NCBI GenBank assembly: GCA_965262115.1
Contig: OZ253496.1
Location: 288,001 to 352,000, forward strand
Origin: Nitrospinales bacterium
Lineage (GTDB): Bacteria; Nitrospinota; Nitrospinia; Nitrospinales; VA-1
Direction: 5' to 3'
DNA length: 64,000 nucleotides
Part shown: positions 31,690 through 41,963 of the stretch, in pieces
How the letters are laid out: each line of letters begins with the position of its first letter
Position numbering within the stretch: the stretch's first letter is position 1
The notes under the pieces: generated by a model
The model's database searches: none
What the model was told of the DNA's origin: nothing
The model's input: only the letters and a program-made list of their open reading frames with translations
Position numbers and translations under genes: made by a program

Positions 31690-33108
31690 TTACTGGCTAT
31701 CCCCACGCTCAGTGGATTTTCGAGGTCTTTTGTATATATGTGTGGCTTCGCCGTAAAACGCCTCAGCGGTTTCCATGATGGTTTCAGAAAGTGTCGGATG
31801 CGGGTGAATGGAGTGCGCCAGGTCTTTAGCGTTTAAGTCATTGTCGATGGCCAAAACACCTTCCCCGATCAACTCTCCGGCTCCAACCCCGGATATTCCC
31901 ATTCCCAGAACCTGCTCCGTATCCGGATCAAGAATCAGTTTGGTCACGCCATCCGGCCGACCCAGTGTCTGGGCTCTTCCTGACGCCCACCATGGGAATT
32001 TGACCACTTGAACTTTCCTGTTGCTGTTTTGGGCTTCAGTTTCCGTCAAACCACACCAGGCTATTTCCGGATCGGTAAAAACCACAGCGGGAACACTGTG
32101 TGTTTTTTGAGTGGAATTCTCATCAGTCAGAATATTGATAACTGCTTTGCCTTCCGCCGATGCTTTGTGGGCCAGCATCACTCCACCAATCACATCCCCA
32201 ATCGCATAGATGGAAGGCTCACCGGTTTGAAACTGTTCATTCACCTGAATGAACCCATTGCCATCGGTCTTGATTCCGGTGGATTCCAGGCCAAGGTCCT
32301 CGGTGCTAGGTTTTCGGCCTACGGCGACCAGAAGCTGGTCATAGTTGCCCGTCTTCATATCGCCCTTGAATTGCACCGCAACCTGATTTTCTTTCGGCTC
32401 ACAAGAAACAACCTGGGTATTTAAATAAATAGCCTGAAATTGAGATTTAAGTCTGGAATGCAAAGGACGAACCAGGTCTCGATCCACTCCCGGCAATAAG
32501 TCACCGGTCATTTCCACCACCGTCACCCGGCTACCCAGCGAGGCATACACCGTTCCCATTTCCAATCCTATATACCCACCTCCGACCACCAGTAAACTCT
32601 CGGGAACTTCTTTCAATTCCAGCGCCGATGTTGAGGTCAGGGTCCACTCGCCGATTTCTGCAAATAACGGCGGACAAACAGATTGAGAACCTGTTGCCAG
32701 AATGCAATGATCGAAGGTCATTGGCTCTTTGTCATCGATGACAAGATGATTACCATCGAGAAATCGGGCTCTCCCGCTTACAAATTCAACCCCGCGCTGT
32801 TTGCAAAGGGAGCTCAGGCCGTTGGCCATTTTATTGATGACTTTACGATTCCATTCGCGGATCCGGTTCAAATCAATTTCAGGAGGTTGAAACTTCAAGC
32901 CGCAGGCTTCTGCATTCCTGGTTTCCTCTATCAATCGTGAAAGGTGCAGCAGAGATTTGGACGGAATACAGCCTCGATGCAGACACACCCCACCCGGCTT
33001 GGGATTCTCGTCGATCAGCGTGACGCTCATCTCTCGGTCAGCAGCCAGGAAAGCGGCGCTATAACCTCCCGGGCCAGCACCTAAAACGATTACTTTTTTT
33101 TTATTCAT
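31690..33108 (-). CDS. lpdA: Dihydrolipoamide dehydrogenase
   Basis: GAGPGG, GGVCLHRGCIPSK and HPHPTLSE motifs. Confidence 0.95.
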   Translation of the reverse strand: MNKKKVIVLGAGPGGYSAAFLAADREMSVTLIDENPKPGGVCLHRGCIPSKSLLHLSRLIEETRNAEACGLKFQPPEIDLNRIREWNRKVINKMANGLSSLCKQRGVEFVSGRARFLDGNHLVIDDKEPMTFDHCILATGSQSVCPPLFAEIGEWTLTSTSALELKEVPESLLVVGGGYIGLEMGTVYASLGSRVTVVEMTGDLLPGVDRDLVRPLHSRLKSQFQAIYLNTQVVSCEPKENQVAVQFKGDMKTGNYDQLLVAVGRKPSTEDLGLESTGIKTDGNGFIQVNEQFQTGEPSIYAIGDVIGGVMLAHKASAEGKAVINILTDENSTQKTHSVPAVVFTDPEIAWCGLTETEAQNSNRKVQVVKFPWWASGRAQTLGRPDGVTKLILDPDTEQVLGMGISGVGAGELIGEGVLAIDNDLNAKDLAHSIHPHPTLSETIMETAEAFYGEATHIYKRPRKSTERGDSQ

Positions 33109-33130
33109 AGTATCAAATCATTAACGAAAA

Positions 33131-33739
33131 CTAACGATGTCTTTTGCGACTAAGTTGTTCCCAAACCCTCGGTTCGGCTTTTGAACCGACCTTGCCAAAC
33201 ATATAATGAAAAAGTCTTTGCGCATCCTGCTTGCCAGCATGCTTGCCAACAAGCCGGGAGACAATAGCCTCCTCTATTTGTAAAAATGGTTGCAACTGCT
33301 TTCCCACTTTTTTCACAATCTGAAGATTGCTGAGGTCTGAAGCGGGTTTAACCACAGAGGAAGGCTCACTGCCTTTTTGACTAATATTTTTAGAGTCGAG
33401 GCTATCACTCTCAGCAGCTAGCGATTTCTTGTTCAAGTTTTTATAACCAATAAAATATGCCAGTGCGAAACCAGATTCTGAATCACTTAAGGATTCAAGA
33501 TCCCTTTGAACCCTGGCAAGCAAACTTTTCGAATCTGTCTGGGAATCGCAACCACTCCACTGCCATATATCCCCATCAAGCGGAACCAATGCTCCAAGAT
33601 CGGTAAGATGCCTTAAAAAAGATTCAGCGACCTCCTCGCTCAAATCATCAGAAACGATGAATTCAATAAAAAAACTTGTCCAATCGGCCAAACTCATTCT
33701 GCCCGAATAATTTTTTTTCATAAACCCATCCTTTTGCAA
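33131..33739 (-). CDS. Hypothetical protein
   Basis: 202-aa ORF co-oriented with neighbours; no motif recognised. Confidence 0.6.
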   Translation of the reverse strand: MQKDGFMKKNYSGRMSLADWTSFFIEFIVSDDLSEEVAESFLRHLTDLGALVPLDGDIWQWSGCDSQTDSKSLLARVQRDLESLSDSESGFALAYFIGYKNLNKKSLAAESDSLDSKNISQKGSEPSSVVKPASDLSNLQIVKKVGKQLQPFLQIEEAIVSRLVGKHAGKQDAQRLFHYMFGKVGSKAEPRVWEQLSRKRHR

Positions 33740-33774
33740 CTATATAGCTGGACAAGCAGGGCGTAGATAATTAG

Positions 33775-34422
33775 TTATACATCTTGATATTTAATCAAAC
33801 GCTTTTGAAGCTTCTCCCTCCACTCGTCTGACAAAGCAGAAAGAGAAACCAATTCTTTCATGTGTTGAATATTCGCCCCGCCCTTCCGAAACAAAGCATT
33901 TGCCTTTTCAATAGAAAATTTATCTTTATGAATTCTTTTTATAGGGGCTCCGGGTTCTACCAAACCTGGTTTAAGAACCCTTAAGTAATAACCGCTGAAA
34001 CCATATTTTTTAACACTGCAGGCCATACTCTGGTCGTTAAACACTTTATTCAGCTTATGGCAAGGCTCGCGAGGTTGAGAGACCTGGATCTGTGCCGACC
34101 CTATCTCAAAAATATCACCAATATTAATAGCTGTTTCAGGCATACCCGACAAACTAAGGTTTTCTCCAAAAGCACCTGGCAAGATTTTACGCTGTAGTTT
34201 TTCACTCCAATAAGGAAAATGGTCAACACAGTAGGCGCATACGGCCTTATCCTTTCCGCCATGAATTCGGGTGTCGCCAACACCATCCCCTTCAAACCCA
34301 AGATCATCCAGAAATACCGGTTGAGAAATGGGAATCTTAAAAATTCCTGACCTGATTTTTCTGGGGCCACCATCAAGGGAAACGCGGGCTGGAGGAGTAG
34401 TATTAATGGAAACAATTTTCAA
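33775..34422 (-). CDS. MOSC domain protein (YiiM-like)
   Basis: HGGKDKAV, GAFGENL and SQPREPCHKL motifs. Confidence 0.9.
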   Translation of the reverse strand: MKIVSINTTPPARVSLDGGPRKIRSGIFKIPISQPVFLDDLGFEGDGVGDTRIHGGKDKAVCAYCVDHFPYWSEKLQRKILPGAFGENLSLSGMPETAINIGDIFEIGSAQIQVSQPREPCHKLNKVFNDQSMACSVKKYGFSGYYLRVLKPGLVEPGAPIKRIHKDKFSIEKANALFRKGGANIQHMKELVSLSALSDEWREKLQKRLIKYQDV

Positions 34423-34504
34423 ATCGTGCGCCTCAACTTCTTAGTTACAAAAACAGATCAAATATAATTTATTGGATAATTAAAAGCAGGAAAACCAATA
34501 TCAG

Positions 34505-35143
34505 TTACTTGGACGATGCGGACGGTTTATAGTATTGATAACAATCTCTACCATTATTTTTTGCTAAATAAAGTGCTTCATCAGCACACTTTATCAGGCT
34601 TTTCGCGGCTTTTCCCAGTTCTTCCAGAGCCTGGCTGATCGCTGAATGGAATTCCGCAACCGTCAACAATTTATGGGTTGCGTTTGAAACACCCTGCAAC
34701 AGTTCACCTTGAACCTTAAGAGACTGCTCGGTTACTCTCATTTGCACTTTCTCCTTTTGAATTTTTATCGCGGATCGTACCGAACTAGCCAGGCCTTCAA
34801 CAGAAAGGTTTGATTTGGTTATATAATCCGTGGCTCCTGCTTTCATTACCTCGACAGCTTTCTCCTGATCCCCCTGCGAAGTCAAAAATATTACCGGAAT
34901 AGATATATCCCGTTTATTTAAATGTTCTAGTATTGAGAGCCCATCCGCTTTCCCCAAACGAAGATCCAGAAGACAAACATCGTGTTCACCGTTTTCTATA
35001 CGCGCAATGGCATCTTCATTTTTCGTTGCATAATCCAAATATAATTGCGATTCAGGCAATCCCTTCTTGAGCATCTCCTTGACCAGAAAAATATCATTTT
35101 CATCGTCGTCAACAACCAGTATTCTTAATGGGTGATTTCTCAT
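34505..35143 (-). CDS. Response regulator receiver protein with only the C-terminal remnant of a GGDEF domain (probable internal deletion)
   Basis: REC motifs VDDD, LLDLRL and GATDYITK; ends ADEALYLAKNNGRD with no GG(D/E)EF core. Confidence 0.75.
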   Translation of the reverse strand: MRNHPLRILVVDDDENDIFLVKEMLKKGLPESQLYLDYATKNEDAIARIENGEHDVCLLDLRLGKADGLSILEHLNKRDISIPVIFLTSQGDQEKAVEVMKAGATDYITKSNLSVEGLASSVRSAIKIQKEKVQMRVTEQSLKVQGELLQGVSNATHKLLTVAEFHSAISQALEELGKAAKSLIKCADEALYLAKNNGRDCYQYYKPSASSK

Positions 35144-35234
35144 GGCAAATTAGAAAAAATTTTTAGAAACACAAGGATAGATTCATTTTATCACGACACG
35201 ATAGTCCAAATGGCCCCGAATATCAATGCGGGAA

Positions 35235-36209
35235 CTAGGGCATCCAAAGGTATAAGAAATAAGGACTTAGGGTGCTTTTATCCAGACCAAGATTCAAATT
35301 AATCAGGTTAAAGGCAGGGGGTTGCGGAGAAATGGAATAAAGGTTGGATTTATAATCCCCTTGGTGCTGATAGGTGACCACTTTTAGATCAGGTTTTTCA
35401 AGTTTAAGCTTAATCCGCTCCATAGTATCCGAGATATAACCAATGCGGTCAATAAGCTTGAGGTCTATGGCTTGATTTGAGTCAAAAATACGGCCATCGG
35501 CAAGAGGTTTCACTGCGCCCAAATCAAGTTCTGTCCTGTTTTCTGCGATAATGGTAATAAATCGAGTATGAAAATTATCGATGGTATTCTGAAAAAGTTC
35601 TCGCTCCTCATAGGTGAAAGATCGAAACGGGGACATGAAATCCTTTTTATCGCCGGATTTCACAATTTCCCAATTCACACCTATTTTTTCCATAAGGTTT
35701 TCCAGATTTACTTTTAAAGCTATCACACCAAAGCTGCCAATCAATGAGGTAGGATGCGCAACAATTTCATCCCCAGCAAGGGCTACATAATAGCCACCGG
35801 AAGCGGCAAGGTCCATAATCTGAACATAAACCAAAATCCCATGTTTCTTCTTATAAGTCACCAGTTCATGCAAGATGATATCGCTGGCAGTCACCGTACC
35901 ACCAGGACTATTGATCTTAATTAAAAGTGCCATGATATCATCATCCTTCTCCGCTTTGGCAATTATTTCGCGAACCTGTTCCACCATGCCCAATGCTGTT
36001 GTGGCGCCTGTGAAGGCATGATCTTTCTGGTTATTGATCACACCCTGCAAATCTATCAGGAGTAATTTTTCCGGCCCCTCCCCTTCCAGCACAGTTTCTT
36101 CCAGAGGCCCCATAGTCGGACCAAGCTGAATAGTCGCACAGGCAGTACCAAAAAAAACAGCAAGAACCAGCATCCACCCTTGCTTGATAAATTTAGTGTT
36201 TTTCAACAT
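35235..36209 (-). CDS. sppA: Signal peptide peptidase SppA (S49)
   Basis: INSPGGTV, AASGGYY and KSGDKKD motifs; start uncertain. Confidence 0.9.
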   Translation of the reverse strand: MLKNTKFIKQGWMLVLAVFFGTACATIQLGPTMGPLEETVLEGEGPEKLLLIDLQGVINNQKDHAFTGATTALGMVEQVREIIAKAEKDDDIMALLIKINSPGGTVTASDIILHELVTYKKKHGILVYVQIMDLAASGGYYVALAGDEIVAHPTSLIGSFGVIALKVNLENLMEKIGVNWEIVKSGDKKDFMSPFRSFTYEERELFQNTIDNFHTRFITIIAENRTELDLGAVKPLADGRIFDSNQAIDLKLIDRIGYISDTMERIKLKLEKPDLKVVTYQHQGDYKSNLYSISPQPPAFNLINLNLGLDKSTLSPYFLYLWMP

Positions 36210-36235
36210 TTCCAGATATTTCAAAAAAATAAAAG

Positions 36236-37144
36236 CTAGGTTAAGACACCCCAAAAAGGTTCCAGTTTATTCTGATAGGATTCGAAATTCGTCTGGGATT
36301 TAAAAATTTTATCAAGATTATGGCGAATCTTCAAAATGACTTCTTCGTTGCGCTTTTCCTTTTCCAGTAAGGCCTGCTTAACCAAGTCGTACAAGCAAAG
36401 AATGATCTCTTTAAGGTTTAAATTCAATTTTGCGGCGCGCATTTTAATTTCTTTACGCTGATCGACGGAACGCCCGGACCAAACTGTACTTTCCACAGCC
36501 TTGATTTCCTTGACATACATTTGGATGATCTCATTTAAAGAGGCTAAAGCCACCCCATCACAACCGGAGTCCTTCAGTTTTTTGCACAAAATATGCAGGT
36601 TCTGCAGAGGATCAATAACCTGCAAATCAATCAATACCGACTCATCCACCTCATACATTTTACTCAACTCAGACGGCTGAAGTCTTTCAGAGCCTCCAAT
36701 ATCATTCCCCAATTTATCTTTTAAGTTTGCAACTTCCGTATCCACCGATATTTTAGCCGCCTCAAGAGTTTGTGAAATCTTTTCATCAAATTCTTCCACG
36801 CTCCTTCTCTGCGAATGAACATCCCTGTATTTTTTCTTGAAATCCTCCAGGATGAGTTCAACCTCCGTATTCCAATTGGCCATCAGTTTATTAGCCCGCG
36901 AGCTTTCAAGGGGCACAAGATATTTCAGCCTCACCTTTCTTTCAATGGTGACAAGTCCCCTTATAAGCGTACGTATCAACCGCTCATAAGAAATATACTG
37001 GGCATCCAGGTGTTCCTGAGAATGCTTCAGATTGGATTTGGTGAATTTAATATTGTTCTTTTTTAAGCGAACGGCATTTTCGGCCAAGAGGGACGTGCAT
37101 TTATCCCGTTCCATAATATCCAGGGTTTTATCCAGATCTTCCAT
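36236..37144 (-). CDS. Hypothetical helical protein
   Basis: 302-aa ORF, charged and helical; no motif recognised. Confidence 0.7.
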   Translation of the reverse strand: MEDLDKTLDIMERDKCTSLLAENAVRLKKNNIKFTKSNLKHSQEHLDAQYISYERLIRTLIRGLVTIERKVRLKYLVPLESSRANKLMANWNTEVELILEDFKKKYRDVHSQRRSVEEFDEKISQTLEAAKISVDTEVANLKDKLGNDIGGSERLQPSELSKMYEVDESVLIDLQVIDPLQNLHILCKKLKDSGCDGVALASLNEIIQMYVKEIKAVESTVWSGRSVDQRKEIKMRAAKLNLNLKEIILCLYDLVKQALLEKEKRNEEVILKIRHNLDKIFKSQTNFESYQNKLEPFWGVLT

Positions 37145-37186
37145 AGTTAGATTTCAGAAATAATGTTAATGGGATGAGTTGAACTG

Positions 37187-37975
37187 TTAATCCGCGCTTT
37201 TGGCACAACGACACCCTATACCATAATAATCCTTGGCATCACTATCTCCATAGCGGCTGGAGGACCGGAGATAAACGGGAAGACTGTTCCAGGCCCCCCC
37301 ACGAATAACGTGGTATTTTCCTTTTTCTGGACCTTTGGGGTTTTTATAGGGACTTTTATTATAATATTTTTTATCATACCAGTCATAAACCCATTCGGCA
37401 ACATTGCCCCCAAGGTCGAACACTCCTTCAGGACTTTTGCCTTGCTCAAAACTACCGATCGGGGAAAGCACGGTCCCTTTTTGTATAAAACAACAATTGC
37501 CAAAGTTGGCCCGTTTTTCATTGGGAGGTTCATTACCCCAGGGATAGGCTCGGTTCTCAATACCTTTTGCAGAGCGTTCCCATTCTGCTTCCGTGGGCAG
37601 GCGCTTATCTTTCCATTCACAATATTTTTTGCAACGCTTCCATTGAAAACCAAATACTGGCTTGTTGATCATATCAGACCGTGCCTTTCGGTCGATCCAG
37701 CCGGTTATGGTTGGATATTGTCTGGGGTTGGCGGCCAAATATTCTTCAAAATCCTTAAAAGTCACTTCATATTTATCTATATAGAAAGCATCCAGATAAA
37801 CTTTATGACCGGGGTGCTCATTGGATTTCCCCTCTTCTTCAGGACTGCCCATCTCAAATTCCCCTGCAGAGATATAAGCCATCTCGGGATGGGAGTTGGC
37901 TTCAGCTCGGGAAAACACGATCAATACCACCCAAATGAATAAAAACTGTCTCACAATCCTATTTTTTATGTTCAA
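37187..37975 (-). CDS. FGE-sulfatase (SUMF1-like) domain protein, secreted
   Basis: RLPTEAEWERSAKG, DLGGNVAEW, RGGAW and GCRCA motifs. Confidence 0.9.
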   Translation of the reverse strand: MNIKNRIVRQFLFIWVVLIVFSRAEANSHPEMAYISAGEFEMGSPEEEGKSNEHPGHKVYLDAFYIDKYEVTFKDFEEYLAANPRQYPTITGWIDRKARSDMINKPVFGFQWKRCKKYCEWKDKRLPTEAEWERSAKGIENRAYPWGNEPPNEKRANFGNCCFIQKGTVLSPIGSFEQGKSPEGVFDLGGNVAEWVYDWYDKKYYNKSPYKNPKGPEKGKYHVIRGGAWNSLPVYLRSSSRYGDSDAKDYYGIGCRCAKSAD

Positions 37976-38077
37976 GGCCCGATATTCATTGAGCCTGAAA
38001 GTTTAAAAGTTTATTATAAAGTACCAAATGGAAGCAGTGACCCCACGAATCCTCCATTTCCCCCGATCTTTTGATTC

Positions 38078-38572
38078 ATGCATATCTTAAAACAAATTGA
38101 CCGATTTCTGGAAAAAATTGAAAGCCACCTGATTGTCTTGATCCTGAGCCTTATGATTGTACTTTCGTTCGGCCAAATGTTACTGAGAAATTTTTTTGAC
38201 ATGGGAATTGTATGGGGAGACACCCTGCTCCGTCAATGGGTTCTCTGGCTGGGATTTTTAGGGGCCTCCATAGCAGTCAGACATGACAAGCATATTTCCA
38301 TTGAGATTTTTTCCGAATTATCGTCGCTTTTTTGGAATCGGATTATTAAAGCTTTTACGAGATTTTCAGCTGGCATTATCAGCGGCTTTCTGGCCTGGGC
38401 GGCCTGGTCATTCATGCTATTTGAAAAAGATGCGGACTCGGTTCTTTTCCTGAATATTCCTGTCTGGATTTTTCAGACCATTCTGCCCTACAGTTTTATA
38501 GTTATCGCCATACGCTTTATAATAAGTGGTGCCGTTTTATTTGAAAACAATTCCGAGCAAGCGCTCAAATGA
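38078..38572 (+). CDS. TRAP transporter small permease (DctQ-like)
   Basis: Four TM helices; WLGFLGASIAVRHDKHI. Confidence 0.88.
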   Translation: MHILKQIDRFLEKIESHLIVLILSLMIVLSFGQMLLRNFFDMGIVWGDTLLRQWVLWLGFLGASIAVRHDKHISIEIFSELSSLFWNRIIKAFTRFSAGIISGFLAWAAWSFMLFEKDADSVLFLNIPVWIFQTILPYSFIVIAIRFIISGAVLFENNSEQALK

Positions 38573-39825
38573 TCGCCTTAGTGATTATTCTACTGGCCTT
38601 GCTGGGTGTCCCCCTGTTTGCTGTCATTGGCCTCTCGGCCCTTGCTTCTTTTTACAATGCCGAGATAGATTCGGCAGCCATATTTGTTGAGCTTTACCGG
38701 GTGGCCAGTAACCCGACACTCATCGCCATTCCGCTGTTCACCTTTTCCGGATTTATTCTCGCTCATGGAAAAACTCCCGAGCGTTTGACGCGAGTCTCAC
38801 AAACCATTTTGAGAGGTGTTCCCGGCGGCATCCCTCTGGCTATCCTAATGGCCTGCGCATTCTTCACGGCCCTTACTGGAGCTTCCGGAGTGACAATCAT
38901 CGCCCTGGGCGGTTTGCTCTACCCGCTTTTATTAAAGGAAAAATATGGTGAAAACTTTTCCTTAGGAATGATCACCTCATCAGGGAGTCTGGGGCTTTTA
39001 TTCCCCCCTTCCCTGCCCCTTATTTTATATGGCATAGTCGCTCAGGTCAGTATCGACAAGCTATTCATTGCCGGCATTGTCCCCGGCCTGATCATGATTA
39101 TGATCGTATCGGCCTTCGCTATCACCCGAAGTGCCCGGTCATCCGAGAGCTTTAACTGGCCTGAAGCCAAATCAGCCCTGATCGATGCCATTTGGGAACT
39201 GCCCCTGCCTTTCCTTATATTGGTGGGAATATATGGCGGGTTCTTCACCGTGACTGAGGCCGCATCCGTGACCGTGGTCTATGTGATTCTGGTCGAAACG
39301 TTCATCTACAAAGATCTCGACCTTTTCAAAGATTTGCCGGGCTTGATGAAAGAAAGCATGATACTGGTCGGCACCATCCTCATCATTCTGGGAACCGCAA
39401 TGGGATTCACCAACTACCTTGTGGATGAACAAGTACCCATGACCCTACTGGCAAGCATGAAACAATACATCCATGATCCTCTAACGTTTTTGATGGTGTT
39501 AAACGTGTTCCTTCTCATCGTGGGTTGTATGATGGATATATTTTCCGCAATCATCGTGGTCGTCCCGTTGATTATCCCGATTGCGCAAAGTTTTGACGTA
39601 AATATGGTACACCTTGGAATCATTTTTCTGACCAACCTGGAAATTGGTTATTCAACACCTCCAGTAGGAATCAACCTTTTTATAGCCGCCACCCGTTTTA
39701 ACAAGCCCGTATTAAAATTGTACCAAGCCGTTTTGCCATTTCTAGGACTGCGGCTAATCGGTCTTATTCTGATAACTTATGTACCCGCAATCAGCCTCTT
39801 TTTAGTGGATTGGGTTTCCCGGTAA
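38569..39825 (+). CDS. TRAP transporter large permease (DctM-like)
   Basis: LIAIPLF, SGSLGLLFPPS and TPPVGINLF motifs. Confidence 0.92.
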   Translation: MIALVIILLALLGVPLFAVIGLSALASFYNAEIDSAAIFVELYRVASNPTLIAIPLFTFSGFILAHGKTPERLTRVSQTILRGVPGGIPLAILMACAFFTALTGASGVTIIALGGLLYPLLLKEKYGENFSLGMITSSGSLGLLFPPSLPLILYGIVAQVSIDKLFIAGIVPGLIMIMIVSAFAITRSARSSESFNWPEAKSALIDAIWELPLPFLILVGIYGGFFTVTEAASVTVVYVILVETFIYKDLDLFKDLPGLMKESMILVGTILIILGTAMGFTNYLVDEQVPMTLLASMKQYIHDPLTFLMVLNVFLLIVGCMMDIFSAIIVVVPLIIPIAQSFDVNMVHLGIIFLTNLEIGYSTPPVGINLFIAATRFNKPVLKLYQAVLPFLGLRLIGLILITYVPAISLFLVDWVSR

Positions 39826-39889
39826 TAGCATTTCTGGTTTTTGACACCTATGTTATTCTGCCGAGAATATTCACAAACTATCGAATGAC

Positions 39890-40423
39890 ATGAATAAAAA
39901 GTATAGCCATAGCCTGAAAAATGAAACGGTTTCTTACACCGTCTTTAAAAGCCCAATTGGATTAACGGGTATTGCGGCAACACAAAAAGGCCTGATCCGA
40001 CTTACAAACAAGGTTCCCAGCGAAAAATATTTTGAAAAACTTTTAGCTAAGGAACTAGAATTTCAAATTATAAAGAATCCAAATCATTTCAAAGACCTCA
40101 TCGAACAGTTTCAAAGTTATTTTAAAGGCGAGCTCAGATCCTTCCGATTTCCCTTGGATTTGCGGCTGGAGACTCCCTTCCAGCAAAAAGTCTGGAAAAG
40201 TCTTCTCACCATACCTTATGGTTTTACCCGAAGTTATAAATGGCTGGCTCAATCCATTAAAAACCCTGATTCAGCCAGAGCCGTTGGCAACGCAAATGGT
40301 CAGAATCCTCTTTCCATCATCATCCCATGCCACAGGGTGGTCCGTGAAAATGGTGAATTGGGAGGATATACAGGAGGCGTGCAGATAAAACGTTACCTTC
40401 TGAAACTGGAAAAGGCCATTTAA
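39890..40423 (+). CDS. ogt: Methylated-DNA--protein-cysteine methyltransferase
   Basis: ARAVG and IIPCHRVV motifs. Confidence 0.92.
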   Translation: MNKKYSHSLKNETVSYTVFKSPIGLTGIAATQKGLIRLTNKVPSEKYFEKLLAKELEFQIIKNPNHFKDLIEQFQSYFKGELRSFRFPLDLRLETPFQQKVWKSLLTIPYGFTRSYKWLAQSIKNPDSARAVGNANGQNPLSIIIPCHRVVRENGELGGYTGGVQIKRYLLKLEKAI

Positions 40424-41178
40424 TGGCCCTCTATAAAACTCGAGCCATAGCGATTAAAAGCATTAACCTTTCGGAGTCAGACCGGTTAGTCACTTTCTTG
40501 ACCGAGAATCACGGTAAAGTTAAATGCGTCGCCAAAGGAGCCAGAAAAATCAAGAACCAGTTCTGGGGTGCCTTGGAACCCATGTCCCTGATCCATCTAA
40601 TTTATTTTGGCAAGGAGCACCAGAGCCTTTTCCGGCTCAATCACTCAGACATCATAGAGTCCTTTCAAACAATCCGCGATGACTTTGACAAGCTCTATAC
40701 GGGCGTCTATTTTCTCGACCTTATCGACGCCATGATTCTTGAAGGCCACCGGGAAGCAAAAGTTTTCAGCCTGCTTTATCAATCGCTGGCAGCGCTCAAT
40801 CATCAGAGCGAATTAGAACCTCTGCGCCGGCTTTTTGAGATTCGCCTGCTTTCATTAGCCGGATATCAACCACAACTGGAGCATTGTGTCCTTTGTAGAA
40901 AGTTACACCAAAATGGATTAATTTCTTTCAGCTATGCCCATAATGGAATCCTTTGCAATTCATGCTGCAACAGGGCAAGGAGTGACATACAGTTCAGCAC
41001 GGGAACAAGAAATTACATAAAAAAATTATTAGAGGTGGAAATCAAAACCTGTGAAAGGTTAAAATTTCCTAAGGGCCAAACGGAAGAAATCGAGAAGGTG
41101 ACCCATCGCCTGGTTCTTTCCCATTTAGGCCGTGAATTGAAGTCTTACCCTTTTATTAAAAATATGGCAGAACTTTAG
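40423..41178 (+). CDS. recO: DNA repair protein RecO
   Basis: ESDRLVTFLT..HGKV..AKGAR N-terminus and a Zn finger (CxxC...CxxC). Confidence 0.93.
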   Translation: MALYKTRAIAIKSINLSESDRLVTFLTENHGKVKCVAKGARKIKNQFWGALEPMSLIHLIYFGKEHQSLFRLNHSDIIESFQTIRDDFDKLYTGVYFLDLIDAMILEGHREAKVFSLLYQSLAALNHQSELEPLRRLFEIRLLSLAGYQPQLEHCVLCRKLHQNGLISFSYAHNGILCNSCCNRARSDIQFSTGTRNYIKKLLEVEIKTCERLKFPKGQTEEIEKVTHRLVLSHLGRELKSYPFIKNMAEL

Positions 41179-41187
41179 GAAATCCGT

Positions 41188-41568
41188 ATGGAAAAGAAAC
41201 CGGTTCAAACATCTAAAGCCCCATCAGCAATAGGCCCCTACTCCCAAGCCATTCGTATTGGAAACTTCTTGTACACTTCCGGCCAAATTGCCCTTAATTC
41301 TGAAAACATGGAGATGATGAACGGCGAGATTGAGGAAGAGACCGAATGGGTTCTTAAAAATGTAGAAGCGATTTTAGAAGCCGACGCCATGAGTCTAGCT
41401 CATGTTATCAAAACCACGGTTTATCTGACCGATCTCAGTGAATTTGCCAGAATGAATCAGGTTTATGAGAAATTTTTTGCAAAAACCAAACCTGCCCGAG
41501 CCTGTGTGCAAGTTGCGGCACTCCCTAAGGGAGCAAAAGTAGAGATTGATGCAATTGCTCACTCCTAA
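41188..41568 (+). CDS. RidA/YjgF family enamine deaminase
   Basis: AIGPYSQA, SGQIAL and PARACVQVAALPKGAKVEI motifs. Confidence 0.93.
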   Translation: MEKKPVQTSKAPSAIGPYSQAIRIGNFLYTSGQIALNSENMEMMNGEIEEETEWVLKNVEAILEADAMSLAHVIKTTVYLTDLSEFARMNQVYEKFFAKTKPARACVQVAALPKGAKVEIDAIAHS

Positions 41569-41598
41569 AACAATTCACCCCAACCAGGAAAAATAATT

Positions 41599-41850
41599 GT
41601 GGCAAAAAAATCAGACGGAACAAGAAATTTTTATCGGTTCATGATGCTGATCGGGGTTGCCGTGATCGGTAGCCTAGGCTATTCATTCATGAGCGCCGCA
41701 CCGGACTTTAAAATATCGGAGTATCATCAGGCCACGACTCCGGCGGTGCAATGCATGCAATGCCACATGCAAGGGGTGGAGAAAATTCCCATCATGCCTC
41801 ATCGCCCTATGGGAACCTGCACCATGTGCCACACTCCGTCAGACATTTGA
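41599..41850 (+). CDS. Small membrane-anchored diheme cytochrome c
   Basis: N-terminal TM helix; CMQCH and CTMCH. Confidence 0.8.
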   Translation: MAKKSDGTRNFYRFMMLIGVAVIGSLGYSFMSAAPDFKISEYHQATTPAVQCMQCHMQGVEKIPIMPHRPMGTCTMCHTPSDI

Positions 41851-41963
41851 TAAAGGTTAGATGCTGAGAACCAGCTCGAACAACAGCACACGGCTATAGA
41901 GCGAATAAAATTCCCGCTGGACAGCGGAAACGGTAACTATCTCGTTTATACAAGGCGGGATAA

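Noticed and set aside
15773..37975. FGE-sulfatase and DUF1566 genes as diversity-generating retroelement targets
   Set aside because: No reverse transcriptase and no template/variable repeat pair seen in the window.
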